DNA from: Nitrosopumilaceae archaeon
GTDB taxonomy: Archaea; Thermoproteota; Nitrososphaeria; Nitrososphaerales; Nitrosopumilaceae
Direction of reading: 5' to 3'
NCBI GenBank assembly: GCA_965207375.1
Contig: OZ242274.1
Span: 448,001-512,000 of the forward strand
DNA length: 64,000 nt
Part shown: positions 39,630 to 50,278 of the stretch, in pieces
Position numbering within the stretch: the stretch's first letter is position 1
Layout of the letters: every line of letters starts with the position of its first letter
The notes under the pieces: model-generated
What the model saw: the letters and a program-made list of their open reading frames with translations, nothing else
Databases searched by the model: none
What the model was told of the DNA's origin: nothing
Position numbers and translations under genes: made by a program

Positions 39630-40330
39630 GATACAGTAACCTCCATAGTTGCAGCTTCTCCCTCAAATGCCCTGCCATCTTTTATTGTGATGACCCTGTC
39701 TACATCTCCGAATTGATGGCGATCATGTGTCACGATAATAAAGGTCTGGCCTAATTTTTTTGCCATGGATTTCATAAGATCAACAATTGTCTCTGCGGTA
39801 ACTGAATCAAGATTGCCTGTAGGCTCATCGGCTAAAACAACAGAGGGTCTGTTTACCAACCCGCGGGCAATGGCTGCTCTTTGTGCTTGACCCCCCGATA
39901 TCTGGTTGGCACGTTTGTGCATTTGATTTTCTAGGCCTACTGCTCGAAGCAAGTTTTTTGCCTCCTCCATAGAATTACCGTCGCTGTTTTGAATTTCACG
40001 TGGCAGCATGACATTTTCTAATACCGTCAAATCTGGAAGCAGATTTGAGAATTGGAAAATAAACCCTAGTTTTGAATTTCTAAAGGCAGATATCTCATTG
40101 TCGTTTAGAGAGGTGGTTTCGGTACCATCAATTAGGACTGTACCAACTGTAGGCTTGTCAAGCAGTCCAATCATGTTTAGTAATGTGGATTTGCCAGAAC
40201 CAGAGCTTCCCACAATTAACAAAATTTCTCCTTTTTTTACTGAAAATGAGACATCATATAGTGCATGAACCTCGGTGTCGCCTTGACCGTAGATTTTGGA
40301 TAGATTTTTTGTCTCTAGTACCTCAGACAG
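39626..40330 (-). CDS. ABC transporter ATP-binding protein (LolD/MacB type), probable CTG start
   Basis: GSSGSGKST, ISGGQ.QR, LADEPTGNLD, VTHD; frame stays open upstream through (L)SEVLETKNLSKIYG to CTG 40330. Confidence 0.9.
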   Translation of the reverse strand: MSEVLETKNLSKIYGQGDTEVHALYDVSFSVKKGEILLIVGSSGSGKSTLLNMIGLLDKPTVGTVLIDGTETTSLNDNEISAFRNSKLGFIFQFSNLLPDLTVLENVMLPREIQNSDGNSMEEAKNLLRAVGLENQMHKRANQISGGQAQRAAIARGLVNRPSVVLADEPTGNLDSVTAETIVDLMKSMAKKLGQTFIIVTHDRHQFGDVDRVITIKDGRAFEGEAATMEVTVS

Positions 40331-41510
40331 ATCTCATCGCCTCCACAGGCTGAAGTTTGGTGGCTCTGTACGCAGGATATATCGAGGCAATAATTGCAAG
40401 AATAAACGCAGTTAGTGCGGTTTGTATTACTTTTTCCCAGTCATAAGAGACCTCCAATTCAATGCTGCCGTCAAATGACATGTTAGTTTCTTTGGCATAG
40501 GCAGTATATCCTAACCCTATTGCCGTGCCCACACCTGCACCGATTGTGCCTATAATCATGCCTTGGACGATAAACAAAATCAGAATGTCTCTGCGTTTGG
40601 CACCTATTGCACGCATGACTCCGATTTCCCGGGTCTTGCTAGTTACTAGCATCATTTGAATTGTTACAATGGCAAATGCAGAAGACATCATGCCAAACAT
40701 CCCAATCATGTTAATCATTGCAATGCCTGAACGGAATCCCCGTAGGGCCTCCTCTGCTGATTCCTCTATTGTCTCTGCCTTGAAATCATCAGCAGGAAAT
40801 GATTCTAAAAACATATCCCGAATTTGTCCGGCCTTGGTTGGATCGTCAAGTTTTACAAGAACGGAGCCAATTTGGCCGTCCCTGTCCAGCATATCACGCA
40901 ATGTGTCTATGTGAATTATTATGCTGGTGTCTAATCCTTGGCCACCAGGAGAGTTTGAAATTCCAGAAACTAGAAATCTTTCAACCTGATTCACTCCCCA
41001 ACGATCAACAATTTTAATCTGTAAACTGTCACCTACCTGTACGCCTCCAAGATCTCTTGCAACAATTGAGCCTACCACCATCGAGCTTCGTGAGAATACA
41101 TACTGACCGTCATCAACGGTAGAGTGTATAGTAGAAGCTTGAACATCAGTTATAGGGTCTACTCCCACAACCGGAATGCGAAATTCCTCTATCCTTTCTC
41201 CAAACGATGTTGCATTAATTGCAGCAGACGCCGAAAGCCGCGGCGTAGCCGCCTCAACAAAGGGCATTCTTGTAAACCAGTTTATCAAGGTGATATCAGA
41301 TTTATCGATAAAATCCTCCTTGTCAGTTACATAGATATCTCCAAATCTATAGTCAGACATGTCACGTACAATTGCGTCAAAAAGTCCCTGAAATATTACA
41401 AAATTAACATGAATTACCAAAATTCCAATGGATACTGCTAATACTGCGCCCATCAGACTACCTTTTTTATTAAAAAGCATTCGTTTGGCTAAATTTACAC
41501 GATAATCCAT
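40323..41510 (-). CDS. ABC transporter permease (LolC/E, FtsX-like)
   Basis: TM-periplasmic-3TM topology, KTREIGVMRAIGA, YPAYRA.KL.PVEAMR. Confidence 0.92.
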   Translation of the reverse strand: MDYRVNLAKRMLFNKKGSLMGAVLAVSIGILVIHVNFVIFQGLFDAIVRDMSDYRFGDIYVTDKEDFIDKSDITLINWFTRMPFVEAATPRLSASAAINATSFGERIEEFRIPVVGVDPITDVQASTIHSTVDDGQYVFSRSSMVVGSIVARDLGGVQVGDSLQIKIVDRWGVNQVERFLVSGISNSPGGQGLDTSIIIHIDTLRDMLDRDGQIGSVLVKLDDPTKAGQIRDMFLESFPADDFKAETIEESAEEALRGFRSGIAMINMIGMFGMMSSAFAIVTIQMMLVTSKTREIGVMRAIGAKRRDILILFIVQGMIIGTIGAGVGTAIGLGYTAYAKETNMSFDGSIELEVSYDWEKVIQTALTAFILAIIASIYPAYRATKLQPVEAMRSV

Positions 41511-41625
41511 GGGATTTCTAGAATAGTCTACTATATAATGTATAATGTACCTAGTGCTAATAAACCAGACAATTTTTTCTATTTCAGTAAATAATTAATA
41601 GTCAATATACGATAAACTTAGCAAA

Positions 41626-42528
41626 ATGGACAAAATAGACATGCAGGTTTTGAGTCATTTAATGAATAATTGTAGAGAATCTGACAGGCAGATTGGTAGA
41701 GAAATTGGAATTTCAGGAAACGCAGTAAATTCACGAATAAAAAAATTGGAAAAATCAGCAGTCATTGAGGGATATACAATCAAGATAGAGCCACCTGCAT
41801 TAGGATATGGTATTTTCTATATTGTAGTAACGGGAATCCAGGTGGATGAAAAATTAGAACAGATCAAATTAATTGGTGATCTGTTTTTCACGGTTCCATG
41901 TGTCGGAGGTATAACCGTTTGTGGCATTGTGGTAAAAGATGATGTACAAAAAAAGATAGAGGTTGCAAAAAATTTGATGAGAGATGTCAGGGTATTGACA
42001 ATCTTTGAGGCAAAGACTGACATTGAAAATTCAAATCTGACAAAGACGGACTTGGAGATTATTGAAAAATTACTGAAAAATCCCAGAAGAAAGATTGAAG
42101 AGGTTGCAACAGAAACTAGATTATCAACTAAAACAATTACAAGATCACTTGAGAAACTGTACAAAAATGAATCGATTCAATTTACAACAATGTATAATCC
42201 CTCAAAATTAGACAACTATATCCCGTATGTGGTACTGACATGGATTAATGGAGACATGAAAAAGATCAAAGAACAGCTAGATGAGCAGTTTGGCGACAGA
42301 TACATGCAGATTCCGTTTTTGACACAGAATCAGATTGTTTTGTTCTTGTATAGCGACAATATTTTCAAAATGGATGAGATCACTCAGAAAATCCGGGAGG
42401 TTGAAGGAGTTGATTTTACAGATATTTTTATTCCCAAAAAGATTACATTTCCAAATGCATGGGTAAAAAATGCAATAAAGGTGGCAAAAAAATCACCCAC
42501 TCTGCACCTGACATATCAAACAAATTAA
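41626..42528 (+). CDS. AsnC/Lrp-family regulator with two wHTH modules
   Basis: MDKID..VL..L....R....IG..IGIS...V..RI; second LTKTDL.II..L..NPR. Confidence 0.88.
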   Translation: MDKIDMQVLSHLMNNCRESDRQIGREIGISGNAVNSRIKKLEKSAVIEGYTIKIEPPALGYGIFYIVVTGIQVDEKLEQIKLIGDLFFTVPCVGGITVCGIVVKDDVQKKIEVAKNLMRDVRVLTIFEAKTDIENSNLTKTDLEIIEKLLKNPRRKIEEVATETRLSTKTITRSLEKLYKNESIQFTTMYNPSKLDNYIPYVVLTWINGDMKKIKEQLDEQFGDRYMQIPFLTQNQIVLFLYSDNIFKMDEITQKIREVEGVDFTDIFIPKKITFPNAWVKNAIKVAKKSPTLHLTYQTN

Positions 42529-42553
42529 ATAATAAACATACAGTTTCCCACTA

Positions 42554-43060
42554 GTGAAAAAGACAAAAATCTACAAAGGCAAAATTTTAGGGCTAAATTT
42601 GTATGATGGTATAATTGAGGGGCGAAAAGTAAGGCGAGAGATAATAGAGCATCCTGGTGCTGCTGCCATGCTTGCCTTTGATGAAAATAACAAGCTAATT
42701 TTAGTAAAGCAGCACAGATTCCCCCACGGATATGTCTTGGAGATTCCGGCAGGAACGCTGGAAAAAAACGAGGATCCAAAGGAATGTGCATTTCGAGAGT
42801 TGAGAGAAGAGACAGGCTATACTGCAAAGGAAATGACGCATTTACTGACATTTTACCCTTCAATTGGCTACAACACAGAGGCAATTCACTGCTATGTTGC
42901 CTCGAGTACAGAGAAGACTGGCACATTGCAATTAGATGAGGACGAGATTTTATCAGTTGAAAAAATAGAGCTAAACGAGGTGATACAGATGATTCGTTGT
43001 GGAAAAATTCAGGATGCAAAGACAATTTGTGCCGTAATGACCTTTGTATCAAATCACTAA
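42554..43060 (+). CDS. NUDIX hydrolase (ADP-ribose pyrophosphatase-like)
   Basis: EIPAG..E..E.P..CA.REL.EETG Nudix box; IQDAKTI. Confidence 0.93.
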   Translation: MKKTKIYKGKILGLNLYDGIIEGRKVRREIIEHPGAAAMLAFDENNKLILVKQHRFPHGYVLEIPAGTLEKNEDPKECAFRELREETGYTAKEMTHLLTFYPSIGYNTEAIHCYVASSTEKTGTLQLDEDEILSVEKIELNEVIQMIRCGKIQDAKTICAVMTFVSNH

Positions 43061-44040
43061 GATTCTGCATAGATTGGTTTTACCAAATCTACAATGTCCT
43101 CCCAGCATTTGCCTACGCGCTCAAACATGTAGATCAAATCTAAAAAGCTAATTGACAGTTCTTTTTTATTTTTAATAGATGTGCGCATCTGAGACAAAGA
43201 GTACCTGTACTGTTTATGCAGTGAAATGGCCTCAATGGCTAGCAGTCTGTCATGGTTTACAAAAGAATCAATTGACTTTGCTGATATGTCTTCAAAGTTT
43301 TTTACCGCATTGTATAATTTTTTGAGTTCCTTGGGAGAGTTTACGTTATTATATATGGCATCGCCAAGTTCTACAATGGTGTCACCGCCGTTTTCTAGCA
43401 AATTGGCAGCAATTCTATAATCTAAGATATCTATATTTTCTAAATTAAACATGTTGGCAAGCTTGGTGTCAACAAAGGTACTGCGAATTAGTCGAACTAG
43501 AAGAAAGTATTGTCTATTTACTTCTAGGTCACGATTCTGTAGTGTTTTAAGATTGGATTTATCATCAGATATTAAACTTGTCAAGACGTCACTGAACATG
43601 CCAAGTGCAATTGAACTGATTCTTTTTAGAATTTTGTCCGGGCTGATGGTTCCGGCATCCAACAAAAATTGCATTTGAATATTTGATGCATCTTCTTCGA
43701 TAATCTCCATGCCGACTAGGCGTCTCATTGAACCTCGCACCTTTTCTCGATCCTCACTTGGAATTGTTTTCTCGGATTTTATTGTAATGGCATCATAGCC
43801 TAAAAGATATCCACCCAGAATATCGGCAACAATGTTTTCCTCAGTTGGCAACGGATAGGATATGACTAGTTGTTTTGTGGGCCTGTATTGTTTAGGGGCA
43901 GAAATTGAAATGCTACTGTGACCTGTTTCAATCTCTACCTGGCTGCCTTTTTTCAGATTATTTGCATCAACCCATTCTTTGGGCAAAGATACCAAAATGC
44001 TGCTGCCAATCCTTTGCAGGCGTCTAACAAATTTAGTCAA
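43057..44040 (-). CDS. Archaeal phosphate uptake regulator (AbrB + PhoU)
   Basis: RRLQRIGSSILVSLPKEW AbrB domain, D.EVNRQYFL, ERVG...DI. Confidence 0.88.
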   Translation of the reverse strand: MTKFVRRLQRIGSSILVSLPKEWVDANNLKKGSQVEIETGHSSISISAPKQYRPTKQLVISYPLPTEENIVADILGGYLLGYDAITIKSEKTIPSEDREKVRGSMRRLVGMEIIEEDASNIQMQFLLDAGTISPDKILKRISSIALGMFSDVLTSLISDDKSNLKTLQNRDLEVNRQYFLLVRLIRSTFVDTKLANMFNLENIDILDYRIAANLLENGGDTIVELGDAIYNNVNSPKELKKLYNAVKNFEDISAKSIDSFVNHDRLLAIEAISLHKQYRYSLSQMRTSIKNKKELSISFLDLIYMFERVGKCWEDIVDLVKPIYAES

Positions 44041-44104
44041 TTTATACTAGTTTAATTAATTTAAGCCATATTCTTATATTTTTTGTAAAATTTAAACTTA
44101 GATC

Positions 44105-44998
44105 ATGAGAGGTCAAGCATTTTGTCCTGCACATGTAACTGGTTTTTTCAAGGCAGAACTAGAGAACCAGAGCCTTGATGGTGCAGGCTCTCTTGGGGCA
44201 GGATTTTCAATTAAAGACGGCGTTACTACTTTAGTACGGGTTTTAGAGAGGGCTGACGCGCTATACAAAATATCAACAAAAGGATATCAGACAGATGATA
44301 CCAGAGTATCAGAATTTGTAATAAAACAATTCCTAAATCTGGGAGATTACAAAAACTATTGTTTTGATATCAAACATGAAATAGCAGTACCTGTAGGCTT
44401 TGGCCTAGGTTGTAGTGGAGCAGTAGCACTCTCATTGGCATATGCACTTGACCAAGCACTAGGTACGCAGCTAAAACGAAACGATATAGGAAGAATAGCA
44501 CACATTGCAGAGGTCTCATGCAAAACAGGATTAGGGGATGTCTTGGCATCATATCACGGAGGCTTTGAAATCAGGACGCTTGCAGGAGCACCCGGAATAG
44601 GCAAGGTGGAAAAAATCAAAACAGATGGATTATCTGTTATAATGATTTGTTTTGCTCCTATTTCGACTATGAACTTTCTCAGAGACAGACTGTCTGAAAT
44701 TAACGGATTGGGTGGAAGGATGGTTGAGAAATTAAAAGAGACTAAAAGCTGGGAACAGTTTCTGGACATGTCCCTAGAATTTGCTGATTACGTCAAGGTC
44801 ATGACTCCAAGAATGCAAAGGGTAGTTGATGATTTGCGATACAATGGAATAAAATGTGGAATTGCATTATTTGGTGAGACGGTTTTTTCTTTGGTGTATA
44901 ATGAAAAGTTACAAGAGGCACTAGACATTGTGTCAAAGTATCAGGATGCAATTATAATTAATTCAGAAATTGATCAGCGGGGCGCAAGAATAATCTAA
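44105..44998 (+). CDS. Pantoate kinase (GHMP family)
   Basis: FCPAHVTGFF, GSLGAG, PVGFGLGCSGA, AH.AEV...TGLGDV. Confidence 0.92.
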   Translation: MRGQAFCPAHVTGFFKAELENQSLDGAGSLGAGFSIKDGVTTLVRVLERADALYKISTKGYQTDDTRVSEFVIKQFLNLGDYKNYCFDIKHEIAVPVGFGLGCSGAVALSLAYALDQALGTQLKRNDIGRIAHIAEVSCKTGLGDVLASYHGGFEIRTLAGAPGIGKVEKIKTDGLSVIMICFAPISTMNFLRDRLSEINGLGGRMVEKLKETKSWEQFLDMSLEFADYVKVMTPRMQRVVDDLRYNGIKCGIALFGETVFSLVYNEKLQEALDIVSKYQDAIIINSEIDQRGARII

Positions 44999-45003
44999 AA
45001 GCG

Positions 45004-45768
45004 ATGGCAAAAATTCCAAAGTCACATCCACGTGCAGAATCATTATACATAAGAGAAAAATTAGTTGCAGGATTTGAGAGGGGTCTAGTGGCCAAGGAGG
45101 GATTATTGGCACACGGTAGAGGCGAGGCATTTGACTATCTTATGGGCGAAAAGACTACAAGACAGGCAAAATCTGCCATAAGGGCAGCAGCTGCACAATT
45201 ACTGCTTGCAAAAAATCCGGTTATTTCAGTCAATGGAAACTTTGCTGCATTGTGTCCAAAAGAAATTGTTTGCTTGTCTGAAATTGCTAATGCAAAGATC
45301 GAAGTAAATATCTTCTATGCCAACGGTACCCGCAAACAAAAAATCATCGCAGAACTGCAAAAAAATTATACCAAACAGGTTTTGGGCAACAGAAAAAAAC
45401 ATACTGTAAAATTGTCAGGATTTGATTCTGCAAGAAGAGAGGTAGATGTAGATGGAATTTATTCTGCCGACGTTGTACTAGTGCCGCTAGAAGATGGAGA
45501 TAGAACCGAGGCCCTTATCAAACATGGTACGGCAGTGGTGACATTTGACTTGAATCCACTGTCAAGAACCGCACAAAAAGCCACAATTACAATTGTCGAC
45601 AATGTTGTGCGCGGAATAATCCTGCTAGAAAAGCAGCTAGAAAAACTATCAAAATATTCAGAAAATCAGCTACAAAAGATAGTAAATAACTTTGACAATA
45701 AGAAAAACCTTGCCACATGCATTAATGAAATAAAAAATAACCTTGCAAGGAGGGCAAAAATTGCATAA
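45004..45768 (+). CDS. Phosphopantothenate synthetase (4-phosphopantoate--beta-alanine ligase)
   Basis: IP.SHPR..SL..RE, AHGRGEAFDY, VPLEDGDR, DLNPLSRT. Confidence 0.93.
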   Translation: MAKIPKSHPRAESLYIREKLVAGFERGLVAKEGLLAHGRGEAFDYLMGEKTTRQAKSAIRAAAAQLLLAKNPVISVNGNFAALCPKEIVCLSEIANAKIEVNIFYANGTRKQKIIAELQKNYTKQVLGNRKKHTVKLSGFDSARREVDVDGIYSADVVLVPLEDGDRTEALIKHGTAVVTFDLNPLSRTAQKATITIVDNVVRGIILLEKQLEKLSKYSENQLQKIVNNFDNKKNLATCINEIKNNLARRAKIA

Positions 45769-46600
45769 AACGGTAAAGGACATAATTGAAATGAAAAGGC
45801 AAAAGGAGAAAATTTCTGTAATTACTGCATATGACTATACAATGGCCACGCTGTGTGACAGGGCAGATGTAGACATTATGCTAGTAGGAGACAGTGCAGG
45901 CATGGTGGTCTTGGGTTATGACAGCACGATACCTGTCACCATACAGCACATGTGTTTTTTTACCAATGCAGTAAGCCGAGCTAGAAAGAGTGCGCTCATA
46001 GTAGCGGATCTTCCGTTTATGTCTTATCAGGCAAGTGTTTCAGATGCAATAAGGAATTCAGGAAAGCTGATAAAGGCAGGAGCAGATGCTGTAAAGCTTG
46101 AAGGCGGTACAGAGATGGCTCAAACAATTAATGCCATAATACAGGTAGGAATTCCCGTCATGGGCCACATCGGATTGCAGCCTCAGACTACAATGCTCTC
46201 AGATGGCTATAAGGTACAGGGAAAAACTGTAGAATCTGCACAAAAATTGATTGCAGATGCAATATCTTTAGAAAAGGCAGGCGTCTTTAGTATTACACTA
46301 GAAATGGTAAGTCATCAGGTGGCAGAGATAATTTCAAATACAGTATCTGTCCCAACAATTGGAATTGGTTCAGGGGCAGATTGCGACGGTCAGGTTCTAG
46401 TTGCACATGATCTGTTGGGCATGTATGACAAAATTAATCCAAAGTTTGTAAAAAAATACGATACACTTTCGCAAAGCATCACAAATTCTGTAAAAAATTA
46501 TGTAAATGACATTAAATCAAAGAGGTTTCCAAGTGAGGAAAATTGCTTTGCAATGGATGCAGAAACGCTGAGAGAGTTAAATGAAAAGTTACAAAAATGA
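45761..46600 (+). CDS. panB: 3-methyl-2-oxobutanoate hydroxymethyltransferase
   Basis: TAYD, LVGDS, DLPFMSY, VKLEGG, GHIGL.PQ, GIGSG..CDGQVLV. Confidence 0.95.
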   Translation: MHKTVKDIIEMKRQKEKISVITAYDYTMATLCDRADVDIMLVGDSAGMVVLGYDSTIPVTIQHMCFFTNAVSRARKSALIVADLPFMSYQASVSDAIRNSGKLIKAGADAVKLEGGTEMAQTINAIIQVGIPVMGHIGLQPQTTMLSDGYKVQGKTVESAQKLIADAISLEKAGVFSITLEMVSHQVAEIISNTVSVPTIGIGSGADCDGQVLVAHDLLGMYDKINPKFVKKYDTLSQSITNSVKNYVNDIKSKRFPSEENCFAMDAETLRELNEKLQK

Positions 46601-47819
46601 TCATCCTTCATTGGATATTGTAGAAACAGACGGCGCAGAGCTTGCAGGCAAAAAAGTTGTCCTGTGTGTGGCAGGAAGTGTTGCAGCATACAAGGCAATT
46701 GAATTGGCGCGCCTGTTAATGAGACATGGCGCATCGGTGACGTGTGTTGCAAGTAACGCAGTTACAAAACTAATCCGGCCAGACTATTTCAGGTGGGCAA
46801 CCGGAAACAAGGTAATTACAAAATTGACCGGAGATCTAGAACACATAAAGCTAGCAGATTACAAACGGTCAGACATGATTATAGTGTATCCGGCAACTGC
46901 CAATACATTGGGAAAGCTGGCAAATGGCATTGATGATACGCCAATTTCGACCGTATTGACTGTAGGATTTGGATCAAAGATTCCCATTGTTTTGTCGCTA
47001 GCAATGCACAAAGCAATGTATGAAAACCCCTCAGTCAAAAAAAATATCGCATTTTTAAAAAATAAAATTGATTTTATTGCACCGCAGATAACTGAATCAA
47101 AGGCAAAGGCTGCCGAACCCGGATTTATTTTGCAACATGTGTTAAGAAAATTTGGAATCTCATCAAAGCTTTACAAAAAAAGGGTTTTGATTGCGGTAGG
47201 GCCCACCGTAGAGTATATAGATCCAGTCAGGGTAATTACGAATCTCAGCAGTGGTAAAACAGGCGTGCTTTTGGCCTCGGAAATGATTGCATCAGGGGCA
47301 AGTGTAACTATAGTATATGGTGCAGGAATCCATGTGCCTCCAAATGGTGCTAAAATTATACATGTTAGTACCACACAGGAGATGGCATCAGCAATAAAAA
47401 AAGAGCTTTTAAAAAAATATGACATTGTAATTATGGCAGCAGCTGTTGCAGATTATACGCCTGCAAAGCCGTCAAAGACTAAGATCAAAAGTAGCAAAAA
47501 AGAGATAACAATCAGATTAGAGCAGGTTCCAAAGATTCTTGACCAAATAAGGCAACAGCAAAAAGGCGTATTTCTGGTCGGATTCAAGGCAGAAACTGGT
47601 ATATCAAAAAGAGAGTTGCACAAACGGGGTAGACGCAGACTAGAAGAGGCTGGTGCAGATATGATTATAGCAAATGACATAGCAAGTCCAAAGTACAAAA
47701 AGAATCCAGACTATAACGATGTGCTAATTGTGGATAGAAAAAAGGCAAAATCAACAGGATGGCACAAAAAGGAAAAAATTGCAGGCATTATCAGAAAAGA
47801 GATTGAAAGACGAATCTAG
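46581..47819 (+). CDS. coaBC: Phosphopantothenoylcysteine decarboxylase/ligase
   Basis: GSVAAYK, PATANT.GK.A.GI.D, IDPVR.ITN.SSG, AAVADY, GFKAE. Confidence 0.95.
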   Translation: MKSYKNDHPSLDIVETDGAELAGKKVVLCVAGSVAAYKAIELARLLMRHGASVTCVASNAVTKLIRPDYFRWATGNKVITKLTGDLEHIKLADYKRSDMIIVYPATANTLGKLANGIDDTPISTVLTVGFGSKIPIVLSLAMHKAMYENPSVKKNIAFLKNKIDFIAPQITESKAKAAEPGFILQHVLRKFGISSKLYKKRVLIAVGPTVEYIDPVRVITNLSSGKTGVLLASEMIASGASVTIVYGAGIHVPPNGAKIIHVSTTQEMASAIKKELLKKYDIVIMAAAVADYTPAKPSKTKIKSSKKEITIRLEQVPKILDQIRQQQKGVFLVGFKAETGISKRELHKRGRRRLEEAGADMIIANDIASPKYKKNPDYNDVLIVDRKKAKSTGWHKKEKIAGIIRKEIERRI

Positions 47820-47821
47820 AA

Positions 47822-48661
47822 ATGTCAAGTAATGTAAAATACAAAAAGGAAAACATCAAGATTTGGAATGAGCTTGCGCCAAGATATCATAAGAGGTGGG
47901 CTAGCCTAAATAGTGGGCCGTGGAAAAGTACCGAAAAACTGGTGGAATTGGCAGGAATTAAAAGAGGAGACTGCGTCTTGGACCTTGCCTGTGGTACAGG
48001 AGTCGTGACCAAAAAGATTGCAAGCAAGGTTGGAGGTAGGGGCAAAGTGATAGGTGTTGACACCTCACTGAATGCCATAAAAATAGCTAAAAGGTGGAAT
48101 GCGGCAAGACCCAACTTGGATTTTGTAAACTGTGATGCAGAAAAATTTTATCTGCACGAAAAATTTGATGCAGTAACGTGCCAATATGCATTATTTTTCT
48201 TTCCAGACTCTGTAAAGGCGTTAAAAAATGCAGTCAAAATTCTAAAAAAATCTGGAATACTGGCAATATCAGTACATGGAAACAATACGCCGTATTATTC
48301 AAGTATAATAGATGTTGTAACTGAATTTATTCCAGACTATCTTCCTACCGGTTCTGCAAGACTAGACAGGTTTGGATGCGCACCTGCATTAAAAAAAGAA
48401 ATTCGGGCGGGTGGATTTACAAATGTGTCTGTCAAGGAATTTGTTTTTTCATACAGTCCCGGAACATTTGAGCAGTATTGGGGAAATTACCGCAGATATG
48501 TGGCAAAGTCCATCAGAGAAAAATTAAACAGCCTAAGCAGGGTAAAACAGCTAGAGATTAAAAGACAGGTAAAACAAAAGACTGTTCCATTTACAGGGAA
48601 AAATGGCAGAATCATATTCCCATGGCAAGTTTTAATTTCAACTGCGACACCACACAGATAG
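47822..48661 (+). CDS. Class I SAM-dependent methyltransferase (UbiE-like)
   Basis: VLDLACGTG, GVD, DAE, FDAV, LK..G. Confidence 0.9.
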   Translation: MSSNVKYKKENIKIWNELAPRYHKRWASLNSGPWKSTEKLVELAGIKRGDCVLDLACGTGVVTKKIASKVGGRGKVIGVDTSLNAIKIAKRWNAARPNLDFVNCDAEKFYLHEKFDAVTCQYALFFFPDSVKALKNAVKILKKSGILAISVHGNNTPYYSSIIDVVTEFIPDYLPTGSARLDRFGCAPALKKEIRAGGFTNVSVKEFVFSYSPGTFEQYWGNYRRYVAKSIREKLNSLSRVKQLEIKRQVKQKTVPFTGKNGRIIFPWQVLISTATPHR

Positions 48662-48668
48662 AGACGCA

Positions 48669-49142
48669 ATGAGCAAAGATAGTACTGAAAAACCCAAAAA
48701 AAACAGTTTTTCTAACTTTTTAAAAAAAAGGGCCCCAATTTACCTAGGTTTGACAGGATTATTTGTGATATTTGCAGTTCCAGGACTAACTAGTACAAGT
48801 CTTGAAAGTCTTTTTCCCGAATTAACAGAAGATGAAAAACAAATTCTAGATACTATAATGGAATACAATGGTCCAGACGGTGACGGATTTACAATTTTGC
48901 AGGCAATAGATGAGGACATAAAAGAAGAGTTTGAGGATGACAGAATTTACAGTGACCGGTTAGCTCAAGTTGCAATAGATATTACAACGGACCATGACAC
49001 AAAACACATCATGGCATTTACATTTGCTGCAGATCAAAAGGAGGTACAGTATGTGTGGGGCGTAGATGTTCAAACCGGCCAAATTGAAGGTCAAAATGAC
49101 AATGCAAAAAACATGGTCAATTTGGTGGATTTTTACGACTAG
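48669..49142 (+). CDS. Hypothetical membrane-anchored protein
   Basis: Single N-terminal TM, acidic C-domain. Confidence 0.7.
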   Translation: MSKDSTEKPKKNSFSNFLKKRAPIYLGLTGLFVIFAVPGLTSTSLESLFPELTEDEKQILDTIMEYNGPDGDGFTILQAIDEDIKEEFEDDRIYSDRLAQVAIDITTDHDTKHIMAFTFAADQKEVQYVWGVDVQTGQIEGQNDNAKNMVNLVDFYD

Positions 49143-50203
49143 AGTGAAATCAGATCCTTGGTAAATCTGTGCAGTACAGCAGGTCTGTCTTTTACTATAA
49201 GTGAGTCCTCGATTCTTATGCCGAATTTGTTTGGCACATATATTCCGGGCTCTACTGTAATTGCCATGTTTTTCTGCAATTTGTTTTTGCTAGTATACGA
49301 TACGGCAGGCGGCTCGTGTACCTCCAAGCCGATGCCGTGGCCGGTTGAATGAATAAAGTATCTACCGAAATTTTGTTTGACAATGTAGCTTCTACAGGCC
49401 AAATCAACGATACTACAATCTATATTTGGCTTTACAGATTTTAATCCGAGTCTTTGGGATTCTTTGACGGTGTCGTATGCGTCTTTTGCCTGCTGTTTAA
49501 TCTGCCCTATTGCAAATGTACGAGTTGCATCTGAAACGTATCCCTTGTAACGTAGAGTGAGATCGACTGTTATTAATTCGCCTGCTTTGAATTTTCGAGT
49601 TGAGACCTGTGCGTGTGGTAGTGCGCCGTTGGGCCCGCTTGCAATAATTAACGGATTAAGAGTTGATTTGTAACCAGTATCAAACATTTGTTGCTGTATG
49701 GCATACGACATTAATATTGCCTGTAGTTCAGCTTCGCGCATGCCTGTGCGGATTTTCTTTGTACACAGCTCAAACATCTCGTCTATTATTTTTGATGCTT
49801 TTTTGAGAATTTTGATCTCCATTTCATCTTTGATCATGCGCGCATTGTAAAACGGTTGGGTAGTTGCCTTAATTTTGGGAACCGATTTTTTCATAAAGGC
49901 AAGCCTTTGATAGTCCTGGCAGTCGGTGCAGGCCTTTTTGTTTTTAATTTTATCTACAAGCGAGGAGAGCAGCGAGGTGCCTCGTTCTGAAGAAATTACA
50001 TCACAGTTTTCAGACTCAGTTTTTGCTCGTGCTGCCTCTAGCTGGGGGGCAATAATTGTGGTTTTTGTGCCTGACTCTAGTATTCCGATTGCCTCTCCCC
50101 AAAAACCGGTCATGTAAAAGAGATTTTCAGGTTCAAATGATATCAGTGTGTCACAGTTGATTTTTTGCGCATGTTTTAGCAGATCTTGCCTTCGCTGTTT
50201 CAC
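49139..50203 (-). CDS. Xaa-Pro aminopeptidase (M24)
   Basis: PH, D...Y.SD.TRT, HSTGHGIGLEVHE, EPGIY, GIRIED. Confidence 0.93.
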   Translation of the reverse strand: MKQRRQDLLKHAQKINCDTLISFEPENLFYMTGFWGEAIGILESGTKTTIIAPQLEAARAKTESENCDVISSERGTSLLSSLVDKIKNKKACTDCQDYQRLAFMKKSVPKIKATTQPFYNARMIKDEMEIKILKKASKIIDEMFELCTKKIRTGMREAELQAILMSYAIQQQMFDTGYKSTLNPLIIASGPNGALPHAQVSTRKFKAGELITVDLTLRYKGYVSDATRTFAIGQIKQQAKDAYDTVKESQRLGLKSVKPNIDCSIVDLACRSYIVKQNFGRYFIHSTGHGIGLEVHEPPAVSYTSKNKLQKNMAITVEPGIYVPNKFGIRIEDSLIVKDRPAVLHRFTKDLISL

Positions 50204-50278
50204 ATCCTAGTATAGGCATTTTTGTTAATTTATGTATGATGTAAAGTTTGTATATCCGTGCAAAATCACGATAATATT

